A stretch of DNA of 64,000 nt from Chitinophagales bacterium (GTDB lineage: Bacteria; Bacteroidota; Bacteroidia; Chitinophagales; BACL12): contig JAIBBA010000001.1 of NCBI GenBank assembly GCA_019694895.1, positions 13,403 to 77,402 on the forward strand, written 5' to 3'. Shown here one piece after another: positions 34,264 to 43,770 of this stretch. The notes under the pieces were generated by a model that was not told the origin of the DNA, made no database searches, and saw only the letters and a program-made list of their open reading frames with translations. How positions within the stretch are numbered: position 1 is the first letter of the stretch; every line of letters begins with the position of its first letter. The position numbers and the translations under genes are program-made.

Positions 34264-35637
34264 TTATTGTTTTACTTCAAATCCAAGTGCTTTCACATCA
34301 ACCATCTGAAGCATATCCGGATGTAACAATAATCCGTTTACATGCGGCTTGTCGATGATATAAGTTTCAACATAACGCTGAATATCTTCACGAGTCACTG
34401 CCTGAACATTTTTAATGTAATTTGTATTGTAGTCCAGCGATGCAGATGCCCACCAATAGGTAACAGTATGTACATAATTGCTGATGCTTTCTTTGTCATA
34501 AGCATCCTGAATGGCTAGCTGATTTTTAGCTGTTTCCAATTGTTCATCGGTGAAGTAATTCGGACTAGCCCATTGCCCGATATTTTCCTGTAATGTTTTC
34601 CATGCTTCGCTCACTTTTGCAGGATTTGGTACAAGGAAAATATTGATAGGTCCGGTGTATTTACATGTTTGATAACCAACATTGACATCATAAGCAAGAC
34701 CTGTTTCCACTAGCTCCTGGCGCAGTTTGCTGTCCGACAGATTTAATAAGTAACTAAAAACATCGGCAGCATAAGTAGCTTTTACATCATTTCGAGTATC
34801 CGGGCCATGATAGCCTGTGATAAACATCGGGATCTGAGCATTTTCGTTAATAGTAACAAAATTCTCAACACCTTTCAAAGGTTCGAATTCAGGTATAGGC
34901 CATTTCTGGAATGGGTCGAAGCCACCCGGTTTCCAATCGCCATAGATTTTTTCTACTTGTGCAAATACATCATCATGTTTTACATCGCCGGCAATGGCAA
35001 TAAGACTATTGTCAGGATAATAATATTTCTCCTGGATGATACGCATTTTTTCAGGTGTACAGGTAAGAATCACATCATGTAAACCGATAGCATTTTTGCG
35101 ATAGTAATTTGATTTCCACATATGACGATTCAAATCGTCGAACAGGAAGAATACAGGGTTAGATTCGTTGCGTTGAAATTCGCCGTCAACAACAGGATTT
35201 TCATTTTTCATTTCCTGCTCCAGAAATAATGGGTAGCGAATGGCATTATTCATAAATACAAGACCTTCGCCTAATTTCGCATTGCTTAATGTGATGAAAT
35301 AATTTACGCGTTCATTACTGGTGGTGCCATTAAATACTACACCCAGTTCTTGCACTTTTTCGAGGAAAGCTTCCTGACTTGGCAGCGATTTATTCGCCTT
35401 GAAAAACATGTGTTCATACATGTGCGAAAGGCCGTTGAATGTGCTGTCCTCAGTATAAGAACCATTCTTTACAACAATTTCAATCGTAGCAAGTGGAACG
35501 GTAGGGTCTTCAATCACCAGCATTTGCAAGCCATTGGGCAAGGTTTTGAGGAAGAAGTTGGAGGGTAGTGGAGATTGCGCATGCATGATTCCTGCCAGCA
35601 GGAGTAAACACATGCTTATCATCATTCGTTTTCTCAT
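34264..35637 (-). CDS. M16-family zinc metallopeptidase (pitrilysin/insulinase type)
   Basis: Signal peptide and the inverted zinc motif HMYEH (HxxEH) in GLSHMYEHMFFKANK. The start could also be 35658. Confidence 0.88.
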   Translation of the reverse strand: MRKRMMISMCLLLLAGIMHAQSPLPSNFFLKTLPNGLQMLVIEDPTVPLATIEIVVKNGSYTEDSTFNGLSHMYEHMFFKANKSLPSQEAFLEKVQELGVVFNGTTSNERVNYFITLSNAKLGEGLVFMNNAIRYPLFLEQEMKNENPVVDGEFQRNESNPVFFLFDDLNRHMWKSNYYRKNAIGLHDVILTCTPEKMRIIQEKYYYPDNSLIAIAGDVKHDDVFAQVEKIYGDWKPGGFDPFQKWPIPEFEPLKGVENFVTINENAQIPMFITGYHGPDTRNDVKATYAADVFSYLLNLSDSKLRQELVETGLAYDVNVGYQTCKYTGPINIFLVPNPAKVSEAWKTLQENIGQWASPNYFTDEQLETAKNQLAIQDAYDKESISNYVHTVTYWWASASLDYNTNYIKNVQAVTREDIQRYVETYIIDKPHVNGLLLHPDMLQMVDVKALGFEVKQ

Positions 35638-35719
35638 ATAGGTATTATTATAAGGCATAAAGGTAATTAAGAAGGATGGCAGATTGCCTTACAGTGCGGT
35701 TAAACTGTGTTAATTGGTC

Positions 35720-36550
35720 TTAATAGCGCAAAACAACATGCTGCGGCTGACGGAATTCCGGGCGAAAGGCAATTATTCCTTTGTAGAAAAGATCGATGCT
35801 GCAAGTTACCCGCGCATCGGATTTGATGACATTCCATGCCTTATCCATTCCGGTACTCCAGTGTATGTCGTCAAACACCAATATAGAGTGTTCGTGTAAA
35901 TATGGATAAATAGACTCAAAATAGGCGACCGTAGGTTCAAATCGGTGGTTGCCATCGATAAAAGCCAGGTCTATTTTTTTTAAGGCATTCAGTGCTGAGG
36001 GTAGGGTAGCATTGAATTCGCCTTCCATTATTGTAATATTCTTTGCATCCAGTGCTATATGTTGTTTTCGGGCTATTTGTGCAATCGCACTGCTGCCTTC
36101 AAGCGTGATGAGTTGTGCACCAGGGACAGCTTTAGCCATATACAAGGAGCTAATTCCTAGCGATGTGCCCATTTCAAGGAGGGTAACCGGTTGTAAATAC
36201 TGTACTAACCGGTAGAGCATTTGTCCGAAATGTGGGGTGATCAGGCTTGTTTTGGCAATATCGGAAACCCGTCGTTCCGGGGATTTATGCACATGGCTGC
36301 CGGCGCCAAAATCGCTCACAGAAATGGTTTGATCTTCAGCAAGCAGTAACTCCCTGCGATATTCAATCTCATCAAAGGCGTAGAAATGGCGCTTGTCGTG
36401 CAGTACTTTCTCTTCCAAATCGAATAGAAATGGCGAATGCAACTCGTAGCGACTCAATGCGCGCACTTGATATCGCAAAAACTGACCGGCCATATGCACG
36501 TTGAACATGGAGCGAAGATACGGGGTAAATTTTGTTTCTAGGTTTGACAT
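35720..36550 (-). CDS. class I SAM-dependent methyltransferase (O-methyltransferase-like)
   Basis: Motif I LLEMGTSLGISSLYMA and a post-motif DLAFIDGNH...ILVFDDI. Substrate unknown. Confidence 0.75.
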   Translation of the reverse strand: MSNLETKFTPYLRSMFNVHMAGQFLRYQVRALSRYELHSPFLFDLEEKVLHDKRHFYAFDEIEYRRELLLAEDQTISVSDFGAGSHVHKSPERRVSDIAKTSLITPHFGQMLYRLVQYLQPVTLLEMGTSLGISSLYMAKAVPGAQLITLEGSSAIAQIARKQHIALDAKNITIMEGEFNATLPSALNALKKIDLAFIDGNHRFEPTVAYFESIYPYLHEHSILVFDDIHWSTGMDKAWNVIKSDARVTCSIDLFYKGIIAFRPEFRQPQHVVLRY

Positions 36551-36766
36551 TCAGTGACATGGTAAACAATAAAATATATCCACAAAAAAATATTTAAAAT
36601 ATTGATATACAGTAATATAGGAATTATAAAATAAGGAAATATGTGACAAATGAGTACTACCCTCCACGAACTGTTTTATATACATAAAAAGGCTAAATTG
36701 TTGATTGCCTTCATAGTGAAATAAACAAAGGTTGTATATTCGCTGCGAACGATCCAACCAATTGGT

Positions 36767-37606
36767 ATGAAAAAAGCGACACTACTCATCATTGCCTTCC
36801 TGGGAATAGCAGGTGTAGCCTCCGCACAGCAGGGACTGCATTTTGGTTTCCATGCACAGATGAACAGCATCTGGATAATTAATCAGAATAATTACGAATA
36901 CTCACAAATGGACTATGAGTATAAGTATGGCAAGCTCGGCGGTATGTCGCTGGGATATAACTGGGATGATAATTTCGGCTGGCAGGTAGAACTGAATTAC
37001 AGTCAAATGGGGCAAGATTATTCCGATATCATTAAAGACTTCGGTCCTATTACCGATTCAACAAAGCCTGATTTGCGCACAAAAGTGCTTACTTACAGAT
37101 ATGTTGATTTGACTTACTTGCAAGTGCCTGTATTGTTTAAATACATGGAGGGTGATTCCAAGGATGCGATCAAATATCAGATGTTAGGTGGTTTGCAATT
37201 TGGCTATTTACTTGGTGCAGACCAGCAGTATACGGCTGATTTATATGATTTGGATCCTGATGATCAAAAACCGGTAGAGCAGGCAGGATTTCATGCTCCA
37301 TTTGATGCTGTTCCTGATTTTAGCGGAAATGCGGGTTCAGACGGGACAGAATTTTTTACAAAACTTGATGTTGGCGCTTTGATTGGAATAGGTGCAGACA
37401 TTTATGTGAATGATAAGCTCTATTTCACGCCATCGTTCCGCGGTTATTTCGGATTGTTTGATATCAATGCGAAGGAAACTCGTGAGTTACGTCCTGCACA
37501 AGGCGAGAACAGATATCTTGCTTCGCACAATGCATTTGTAGGTTTCCACCTCGGAATCAGCTTTATGTTCCCTGATGCTCGATTGGGCGGTGGTTCTGAT
37601 GAATAA
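36767..37606 (+). CDS. porin-family outer membrane beta-barrel protein
   Basis: Signal peptide MKKATLLIIAFLGIAGVASAQ. Alternating aromatic/Gly strands, ending ...GFHLGISFMF before a short tail. Confidence 0.7.
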   Translation: MKKATLLIIAFLGIAGVASAQQGLHFGFHAQMNSIWIINQNNYEYSQMDYEYKYGKLGGMSLGYNWDDNFGWQVELNYSQMGQDYSDIIKDFGPITDSTKPDLRTKVLTYRYVDLTYLQVPVLFKYMEGDSKDAIKYQMLGGLQFGYLLGADQQYTADLYDLDPDDQKPVEQAGFHAPFDAVPDFSGNAGSDGTEFFTKLDVGALIGIGADIYVNDKLYFTPSFRGYFGLFDINAKETRELRPAQGENRYLASHNAFVGFHLGISFMFPDARLGGGSDE

Positions 37607-37631
37607 TTAATAAACTTCTTTAAAATATTTG

Positions 37632-37657
37632 AACCCGCTTTTGGCGGGTTTTTTTAT
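37632..37657 (+). terminator. Rho-independent terminator
   Basis: AACCCGC ttttg GCGGGTTTTTTT. The T-tail overlaps the stop codon of the convergent pseudouridine synthase gene. Confidence 0.75.
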
Positions 37658-38349
37658 TGTTGTTCCGCAACTTTCAAGCAGGCATTCCAGATGACATCCT
37701 GCGGTGGGGGAGCTATGATGGTGATTGCAGCATGTGTAACAGGATGCTCAAAACTTATTGAACGCGCATGCAGATGTATGGAACCATCCGGATTACTCCT
37801 GTCAAATCCATATTTCAAATCGCCCTTTATCGGACAGCCAATTGCCGATAATTGTGCGCGAATTTGATGATGACGACCTGTTTCTAAAATTACTTCAAGT
37901 AGATGGTATCTTTCAAGTGAGTAAATTAATCGATAGTGCAGCACTGCTTTTTTGGCACCACCTTTTTCATTTTTTGCCACAAACGATTTATTCATCTGTG
38001 CATTTTTTAACAAATAATTTTCCAATCGGCCTTCAGGCTCCTTGGGCATTTGCTTCACTACCGCCCAATAAGTTTTTTTAAATGCCCTGTCTCTGATCAT
38101 CTGCGAAAGTCGCTCTGCAGCTTTACTCGTGCGTGCAAACAGCAAAACCCCACTTACCGGTCGGTCAATGCGATGAACTAGTCCGACGTAAACATTCCCG
38201 GGCTTGTTATATTTTTCTTTGATAAACAGCTTTACATCCTCCAGCAAACTTACATCGCCTGTAACATCAGATTGCGAGATCTCTCCCGGCTTTTTATTGA
38301 TGGCAATCAGATGATTGTCGATATATAGTATTTGGTCTTCACTTATCAT
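37654..38349 (-). CDS. RluA-family RNA pseudouridine synthase
   Basis: Catalytic motif GLVHRIDRPVSGVLLFAR and GRHHQIRAQL. No S4 domain. Confidence 0.9.
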   Translation of the reverse strand: MISEDQILYIDNHLIAINKKPGEISQSDVTGDVSLLEDVKLFIKEKYNKPGNVYVGLVHRIDRPVSGVLLFARTSKAAERLSQMIRDRAFKKTYWAVVKQMPKEPEGRLENYLLKNAQMNKSFVAKNEKGGAKKAVLHYRLIYSLERYHLLEVILETGRHHQIRAQLSAIGCPIKGDLKYGFDRSNPDGSIHLHARSISFEHPVTHAAITIIAPPPQDVIWNACLKVAEQQ

Positions 38350-38721
38350 TTACTTCAAGGCATTCAGTTCTGCCTGCAATTTTTTCGGAAGGCTATCAAC
38401 AACAAGCGAATAGGAATGATCGATCAACGATTTTAATTCTTTAACAGGAATGCTCCCGTCAACCATTACTGTATTCCAATGTCGCTTATGCATATGATAG
38501 CCGGGTTGAACAGCAGGGTATTTATCGCGAAGTTCATCAATATGTTCTGTATTATATTTCAAGTTCATCGAAAAACCTATTTCATCGAGCCCCGACAATG
38601 CGAACATTTTACCCATTACTTTGTAGACAAGTGTATCTGGACCAAAAGGAAATTCTTCGGTAACACCTTTTTTCGACAAACAGTAGTCGCGGAAAGCTTC
38701 AATATCGAACAGCGATGCCAT
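38350..38721 (-). CDS. MmcQ/YjbR-family protein
   Basis: FRDYCLSKKGVTEEFPFGPDTLVYKVMGKMFAL...PGYHMHKRHWNTV...IDHSYSLVV is the typical YjbR sequence. It abuts the downstream gene with no gap. Confidence 0.85.
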   Translation of the reverse strand: MASLFDIEAFRDYCLSKKGVTEEFPFGPDTLVYKVMGKMFALSGLDEIGFSMNLKYNTEHIDELRDKYPAVQPGYHMHKRHWNTVMVDGSIPVKELKSLIDHSYSLVVDSLPKKLQAELNALK

Positions 38722-38773
38722 GGCGGTTTAAATGGATGCATAAAGTAAAGATTTTTTCTACATTTGACCTACG

Positions 38774-39397
38774 ATGGGCAGCAGATTTTACTTCTCGTTA
38801 ATGGGGTGCGTGTTGATATTGTTTGCATCTTCCTGCAGGCAAAAGCAAACAACATTACCCGATCCTCATTTGAGTTATGCGCAGGTCATTCAAAAGCAAA
38901 GAAATGATCAGCAGGCATATTTTGCAGGCGAAGGGAGTCCGTTGAGCGACAGCGCCAGAGCTAATTTCAAGGGTTTGCAATTTTACCCCATTGATTCAAG
39001 CTATAGGGTATCAGGGAATTTCTCGCCTATCGCCAATGGTCCCATATTTACCATGCAAGCTACCGGCGATGTGGCTGATATCTATCAGATTGCCGGCAAT
39101 ATCCAATTTAAACTGAAGGACACTATTTGCATGCTGGAAGTATATCGAAATGTCACCTACTATCAGGTTGAACATAAGGAATCTTATTTTGTTCCGTTTT
39201 ATGATAAGACAAATGGACAGGAAACTTATGAAGGGGGAAGGTATCTTGATGTGCATAAGCTTCAACCCGGCGCAATGCAATTAGATTTTAATTTAGCCTA
39301 TCAACCTTATTGTTTTTATAGTCATAATTATTCTTGTCCTATACCGCCACGAGTAAATAGTTTACCGGTTTATGTAAGAGCCGGTGAGAGGAAATAA
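38774..39397 (+). CDS. DUF1684 domain-containing protein
   Basis: FYPIDSSYRV..., FVPFYDKTNGQETYEGGRYLD, NLAYQPYCFYSHNYSCPIPPRVNSLPVYVRAGERK are family-typical. Confidence 0.85.
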   Translation: MGSRFYFSLMGCVLILFASSCRQKQTTLPDPHLSYAQVIQKQRNDQQAYFAGEGSPLSDSARANFKGLQFYPIDSSYRVSGNFSPIANGPIFTMQATGDVADIYQIAGNIQFKLKDTICMLEVYRNVTYYQVEHKESYFVPFYDKTNGQETYEGGRYLDVHKLQPGAMQLDFNLAYQPYCFYSHNYSCPIPPRVNSLPVYVRAGERK

Positions 39398-39405
39398 GAA
39401 ATACG

Positions 39406-40044
39406 ATGCAAAAATTCCTTCCCATATTTCCACTAAACCTTGTTGCCTTTCCGGGCGAGCAGCTCAATCTGCACATATTTGAACCTCGTTATAAGCAATT
39501 GATATCAGAATGCAGTAAGGAAAACAAAACTTTTGGCATTCCTGTGGTTGACAACAATCAAATGCTTGACCATGGCACTGAAATGGAATTAATCAAGATC
39601 CACAAGGTATATCCGAATGATGAAATGGATATTCAGGTGCGGGGATTGCAAGTATTTCGGTTGTTGGAGGTAGTGCGCGAAATTCCCGACAAATTATATG
39701 CCGGTGCAATCATCTCCTTATTGCCGAATGTAGAAGACAAGCACAGCAGGTTGGCATTGGAATTAGAGGAGCTGACTGTAGAATTATTCTCGCTTTTAGA
39801 TGTTCGCGAGCAGATGGAGAAACCTGATTTTGCATTTAAATCATTTCGACTAGGGCATTACGTTGGTTTCGATCTTAAAGATGAGTACGAATTGCTGCGA
39901 CACGTGCGAGAAACGGAGCGGCAAAAGCTCATCGTAGAGCATATCAAACGCATTTTGCCAAGTGTAAAACAGGTGTCAGATATGCGTGAAAGAGCGAAGT
40001 TGAATGGGCAATACCGCATGGTGAATCCACCTGATTTTTTGTAA
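39406..40044 (+). CDS. LON-protease N-terminal substrate-binding domain protein
   Basis: LPIFPLNLVAFPGEQLNLHIFEPRYKQLI is the typical start of standalone LON_substr_bdg proteins. Confidence 0.85.
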   Translation: MQKFLPIFPLNLVAFPGEQLNLHIFEPRYKQLISECSKENKTFGIPVVDNNQMLDHGTEMELIKIHKVYPNDEMDIQVRGLQVFRLLEVVREIPDKLYAGAIISLLPNVEDKHSRLALELEELTVELFSLLDVREQMEKPDFAFKSFRLGHYVGFDLKDEYELLRHVRETERQKLIVEHIKRILPSVKQVSDMRERAKLNGQYRMVNPPDFL

Positions 40045-40070
40045 TTTGATATTGACTAAAATATAGACAT

Positions 40071-40110
40071 AAAAAAAGCCGGTAATTAACTAATTACCGG
40101 CTTTTTATTT
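40071..40110. terminator. bidirectional Rho-independent terminator
   Basis: AAAAAAAGCCGGTAATTA ac TAATTACCGGCTTTTTATTT between convergent genes. Confidence 0.8.
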
Positions 40111-40122
40111 GATTCATATAAA

Positions 40123-43100
40123 TTATTTCGAGGCAAGGTTGCCACCGGGATAAACGGTGCGCATATTGCCTTTATAATCATAAACATCAACTTGTTTTAC
40201 GAGTGGTGTTATGCGGATTGATTTAGCGCTTTGACTAAGATAGCCGCTTCCACTGTATAATTCAACGCGAGTGGTTTTGCCGTCGGTGCGAGTCACAATT
40301 GCATAAGCATCTGCTGCTGCCAGCTCGATAGTTTTTGTTGGTTTTACAAGGCTGAATGCAAGCATTTTACCTTGGCTGTTTCCTGCAAGAATTACCGGTT
40401 GTTTGGTTTTAGAATCGAGTAGGGTAGCTAATGCTTTCGCATCGCCATCGCTCTTGAATCCATTGATATATGAGCGATTAGGTGTAAAAGTGCCATCACC
40501 CTTTCCGATCAACAACAGGCCGGTTCCGGCATCGTGACGTGTAATCTCGATTTCAGTATTGTAGAAGTTACCATGCATCAGGATATCCTGTATGCCATCT
40601 TCATTGAAATCATCGATAATAGTACCAAACATGGTAGAGATCTGTGCTTCGTTTGGCAGGAATTTCATCGTGAACTTACCATTTCCATCATTCATTAAAA
40701 CTGAAGAATGGAAGATGTAAGCGGTGCGATGAATGGCATTATCCAGATCTTTGCCAAACATATCTTGAACGGTAGCGATACCATATTCATTCCATGTTGG
40801 GAATTTCTCTTCAAATGAAGGAATCTGTTCAATCATACGCTCACGCGTTTTAACAGGGAAAAGTTTATCATGCTGATAATAGCACATGATATAATCTTCC
40901 TGACCGCTCTTATCGAAATCGTATAAGAATGCTTCCAGTGGCAATGGTTTTCCTTGTGAAGAAACGGTGTTTTTATAGCGTCGGTTAGTTCCGAAATTGC
41001 CTACCACATAATCCATATCACCGTCATTATCCAGATCGGCACCGGTAATACTTTGCCACCATCCTGTAGCATTGTTCAATCCTGTTGAAGCGGTAACATC
41101 GGTGAATTTACCGCCAGAATTTTTCAGGAAGGTAATAGACATCCAATCGCCTGTAAGAATGAGGTCGATATTATTATCGTTGTTGAAGTCTGTCCACAAA
41201 CCACTAGTTACCATACCAATATCCTTCAACATTGGTGCCACCTGCGCGGTAGCGTCAGAGAATTTACCACCATCATTTTTAAGGATATAGCTTGAAGCAG
41301 GTGCAAGGTATCTTCCGGGAACCTGGCGACCACCAATAAATAGATCGATATCACCATCTTTATCAAAGTCGCAACCTGAAACAGAAGAACTGCTACTATT
41401 AATGGCAGGCAGTACACTACTATCGTAAGTGAAATTGCCCTTGCCATCATTGCGATAGAATCTATCTGCATAGCGTTTATCGTTGGAAGCAAATTCGTTG
41501 CTACCTGAAGCTACATACAAGTCATTATCGCCATCGCCATCGGCATCAAAGAATAAGGCACCGGCATCTTCAGATGCTAGACCGTCATTCATGCCTTGAG
41601 TCCAGCTTGAGCGGGTGAATTTTCCATTTTCGTTTTGCGTATATAATGCACCTGATTGACCGGCTGCACCACCGATATAGAAATCGTCAGTGCCATCGCC
41701 ATTTACATCACCAACAGCTATTCCGGAACCGAGTGTGCTCATTTTATGAGGCAACATGAATTCGCGAAGGAAGTCGTCGTAATCAGCTTCCTTATGTTCG
41801 AAATCTGTACCTAATGATTCGGTGTTATTAGCAAAAATTTTATCGCCTTTCACACGCACAGGGAATTGCACTGATTTAGATGCCTGTGCATGATCAAGTT
41901 TTACAACCTGATTAACCGGAACATCAGTAAGCATCAATTTCGTACCATCCAACCATTCAACTTCCACGCGATCGATTTTTGTTGCTTTGCCAACGCCGAA
42001 GTGGATGTTGTCGATAATGGTAGTGATATAACCGCGACTTGCAGTGTATTGAATGTACTGCATATTATCGCCGGTGAAAATGCGCACTTTAGTACCTAAA
42101 CCGGCAGTATTTTTTGCATATCCACCAACTTTGAAGTTGATGTAGTTATTGCCGGTATTCATTTTCTCGCTGTTATTGCGATATACCCAAGGTGATTGAT
42201 TCACGTTACTTGTAATCATATCGATATCACCATCGCGGTCAAGATCGGCATAACCTCCACCGTAAGTAATGGAAGGGTAGTAGATACCCCAATCATCGCG
42301 TTTATCTTCGAAGGTAAGATCACCATTATTTCGATAGATGTAGTTAGGGTGATCGAGTACATAATTAGGAAGTTCCTTTCTCACTTCGTAATAAACTGTA
42401 CTATCTTCGATGCGCACTGCACGGCGTAATTTGTGATAAGTTTCTGATTCATCCACATGGAAATCGCGAAGAAATCCGTTAGCTATGAAAAGATCTTTCC
42501 AGCCATCGTTATCGAAATCTGTAAAGAATGTTGTCCAACTCCAGTCGGTAGTAGAAACATTTGCAGTACGAGATATTTCCGAGAAAGTGCCATCGCCGTT
42601 ATTCAACTGTAATGAGTTAGAGCGGTTTTGATAACCATAACCGGCATTGATAAGAATGCGCATCACTTCCACTTGACTTGAAAGCATGAAAGTTTTATAG
42701 GTATAGTTATCTTCCATGTCCATGTCAACAACAAACATATCGAGGAAACCATCATTATTAAAGTCGCTGATATCAGTTCCCATTGAGTTGATGGAAGTCT
42801 TTTTGATAGCAGTGAGCGACTCATCGCGGAAAGTACCATCGCCGTTGTTTATGTAGAGATAGTCATACATGGCGTAGTCGTTAGAAACGAATACGTCCTG
42901 ATATCCATCGTCATTCACATCACCAACGGAAGCACTCAATCCATATCCATGGTTATTGATACCGACTTTCAAATGAGATTCGGTATATGTACCGTCACCA
43001 TTATTGATATAAAAATGGTTACTCAGGTTTTTACCTTGCTCAATTTTCTGAAAGTATTTGGTTTTGTTTTTGTCGATAAAGTCAACCGGATGTGTTACCA

Positions 43101-43743
43101 GATAAATATCCAAATCGCCGTCGTTGTCATAATCGAAGAAATTGGCGTGTGTTGAATAGGAGTTATCGGTAAGGCCAAGGTCTTTTGCTTTTTCGGTAAA
43201 AGTGCCATCGCCATTATTCACCCACATTTCGTTTGCGCGTCTTTCAGGTTGATCCCAGCGACTCATACACACGTAAATGTCGAGGTCATTGTCGCCATCG
43301 AAGTCGACCATAGATGCACCATAAGGCCATTTATCTTTATTGCTGGTGATACCTGCTTTTGCAGTATAATCTTCAAATTTCAAGTTGCCTTTATTGATAA
43401 ACAAGCGACTTGGAACAAGATTACCTGTAAAAAAGAGATCCGGCAGGTCATCATTATTTACATCGCCGATACAAACTGCACCGCCATTATAAATATATGA
43501 ATATCGCCACCAGTTTACACTGTAATTTTCAGTGAGGTCGTTTACGAAAGTAATGCCGGTTGATTTGTCTGTAAGGATATCAAACAATTTTCCGTTATTA
43601 CCGTCGAGTTTCACCTCGCGTTTTGGGTCGATGATCGCGGTACCCCGCGTATCGACATCGCCACCTGAAAACAGCTTGCACGATGCCACTGTGAACATCG
43701 CAAATGCTGCAATCAGAACCGATACATTGTGAATCTTCATCAT
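40123..43743 (-). CDS. FG-GAP/VCBS-repeat plus ASPIC/UnbV-domain lipoprotein (CRTAC1-like), paralog 1
   Basis: Lipobox FTVASC. Many Ca-binding-type loops (GDVNNDDLPD, DFDGDNDLD, DYDNDGDLD, DLDNDGDMD). Two UnbV/ASPIC-like segments: GLGTKVRIF...ASRGYIT..HFGVGKATKIDRVEVEWLDG, and a C-terminal ...YSGSGYLSQSAKS.... Confidence 0.88.
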   Translation of the reverse strand: MMKIHNVSVLIAAFAMFTVASCKLFSGGDVDTRGTAIIDPKREVKLDGNNGKLFDILTDKSTGITFVNDLTENYSVNWWRYSYIYNGGAVCIGDVNNDDLPDLFFTGNLVPSRLFINKGNLKFEDYTAKAGITSNKDKWPYGASMVDFDGDNDLDIYVCMSRWDQPERRANEMWVNNGDGTFTEKAKDLGLTDNSYSTHANFFDYDNDGDLDIYLVTHPVDFIDKNKTKYFQKIEQGKNLSNHFYINNGDGTYTESHLKVGINNHGYGLSASVGDVNDDGYQDVFVSNDYAMYDYLYINNGDGTFRDESLTAIKKTSINSMGTDISDFNNDGFLDMFVVDMDMEDNYTYKTFMLSSQVEVMRILINAGYGYQNRSNSLQLNNGDGTFSEISRTANVSTTDWSWTTFFTDFDNDGWKDLFIANGFLRDFHVDESETYHKLRRAVRIEDSTVYYEVRKELPNYVLDHPNYIYRNNGDLTFEDKRDDWGIYYPSITYGGGYADLDRDGDIDMITSNVNQSPWVYRNNSEKMNTGNNYINFKVGGYAKNTAGLGTKVRIFTGDNMQYIQYTASRGYITTIIDNIHFGVGKATKIDRVEVEWLDGTKLMLTDVPVNQVVKLDHAQASKSVQFPVRVKGDKIFANNTESLGTDFEHKEADYDDFLREFMLPHKMSTLGSGIAVGDVNGDGTDDFYIGGAAGQSGALYTQNENGKFTRSSWTQGMNDGLASEDAGALFFDADGDGDNDLYVASGSNEFASNDKRYADRFYRNDGKGNFTYDSSVLPAINSSSSSVSGCDFDKDGDIDLFIGGRQVPGRYLAPASSYILKNDGGKFSDATAQVAPMLKDIGMVTSGLWTDFNNDNNIDLILTGDWMSITFLKNSGGKFTDVTASTGLNNATGWWQSITGADLDNDGDMDYVVGNFGTNRRYKNTVSSQGKPLPLEAFLYDFDKSGQEDYIMCYYQHDKLFPVKTRERMIEQIPSFEEKFPTWNEYGIATVQDMFGKDLDNAIHRTAYIFHSSVLMNDGNGKFTMKFLPNEAQISTMFGTIIDDFNEDGIQDILMHGNFYNTEIEITRHDAGTGLLLIGKGDGTFTPNRSYINGFKSDGDAKALATLLDSKTKQPVILAGNSQGKMLAFSLVKPTKTIELAAADAYAIVTRTDGKTTRVELYSGSGYLSQSAKSIRITPLVKQVDVYDYKGNMRTVYPGGNLASK

Positions 43744-43770
43744 TGTTGTATTGAGCGGTTGATTAGGGGT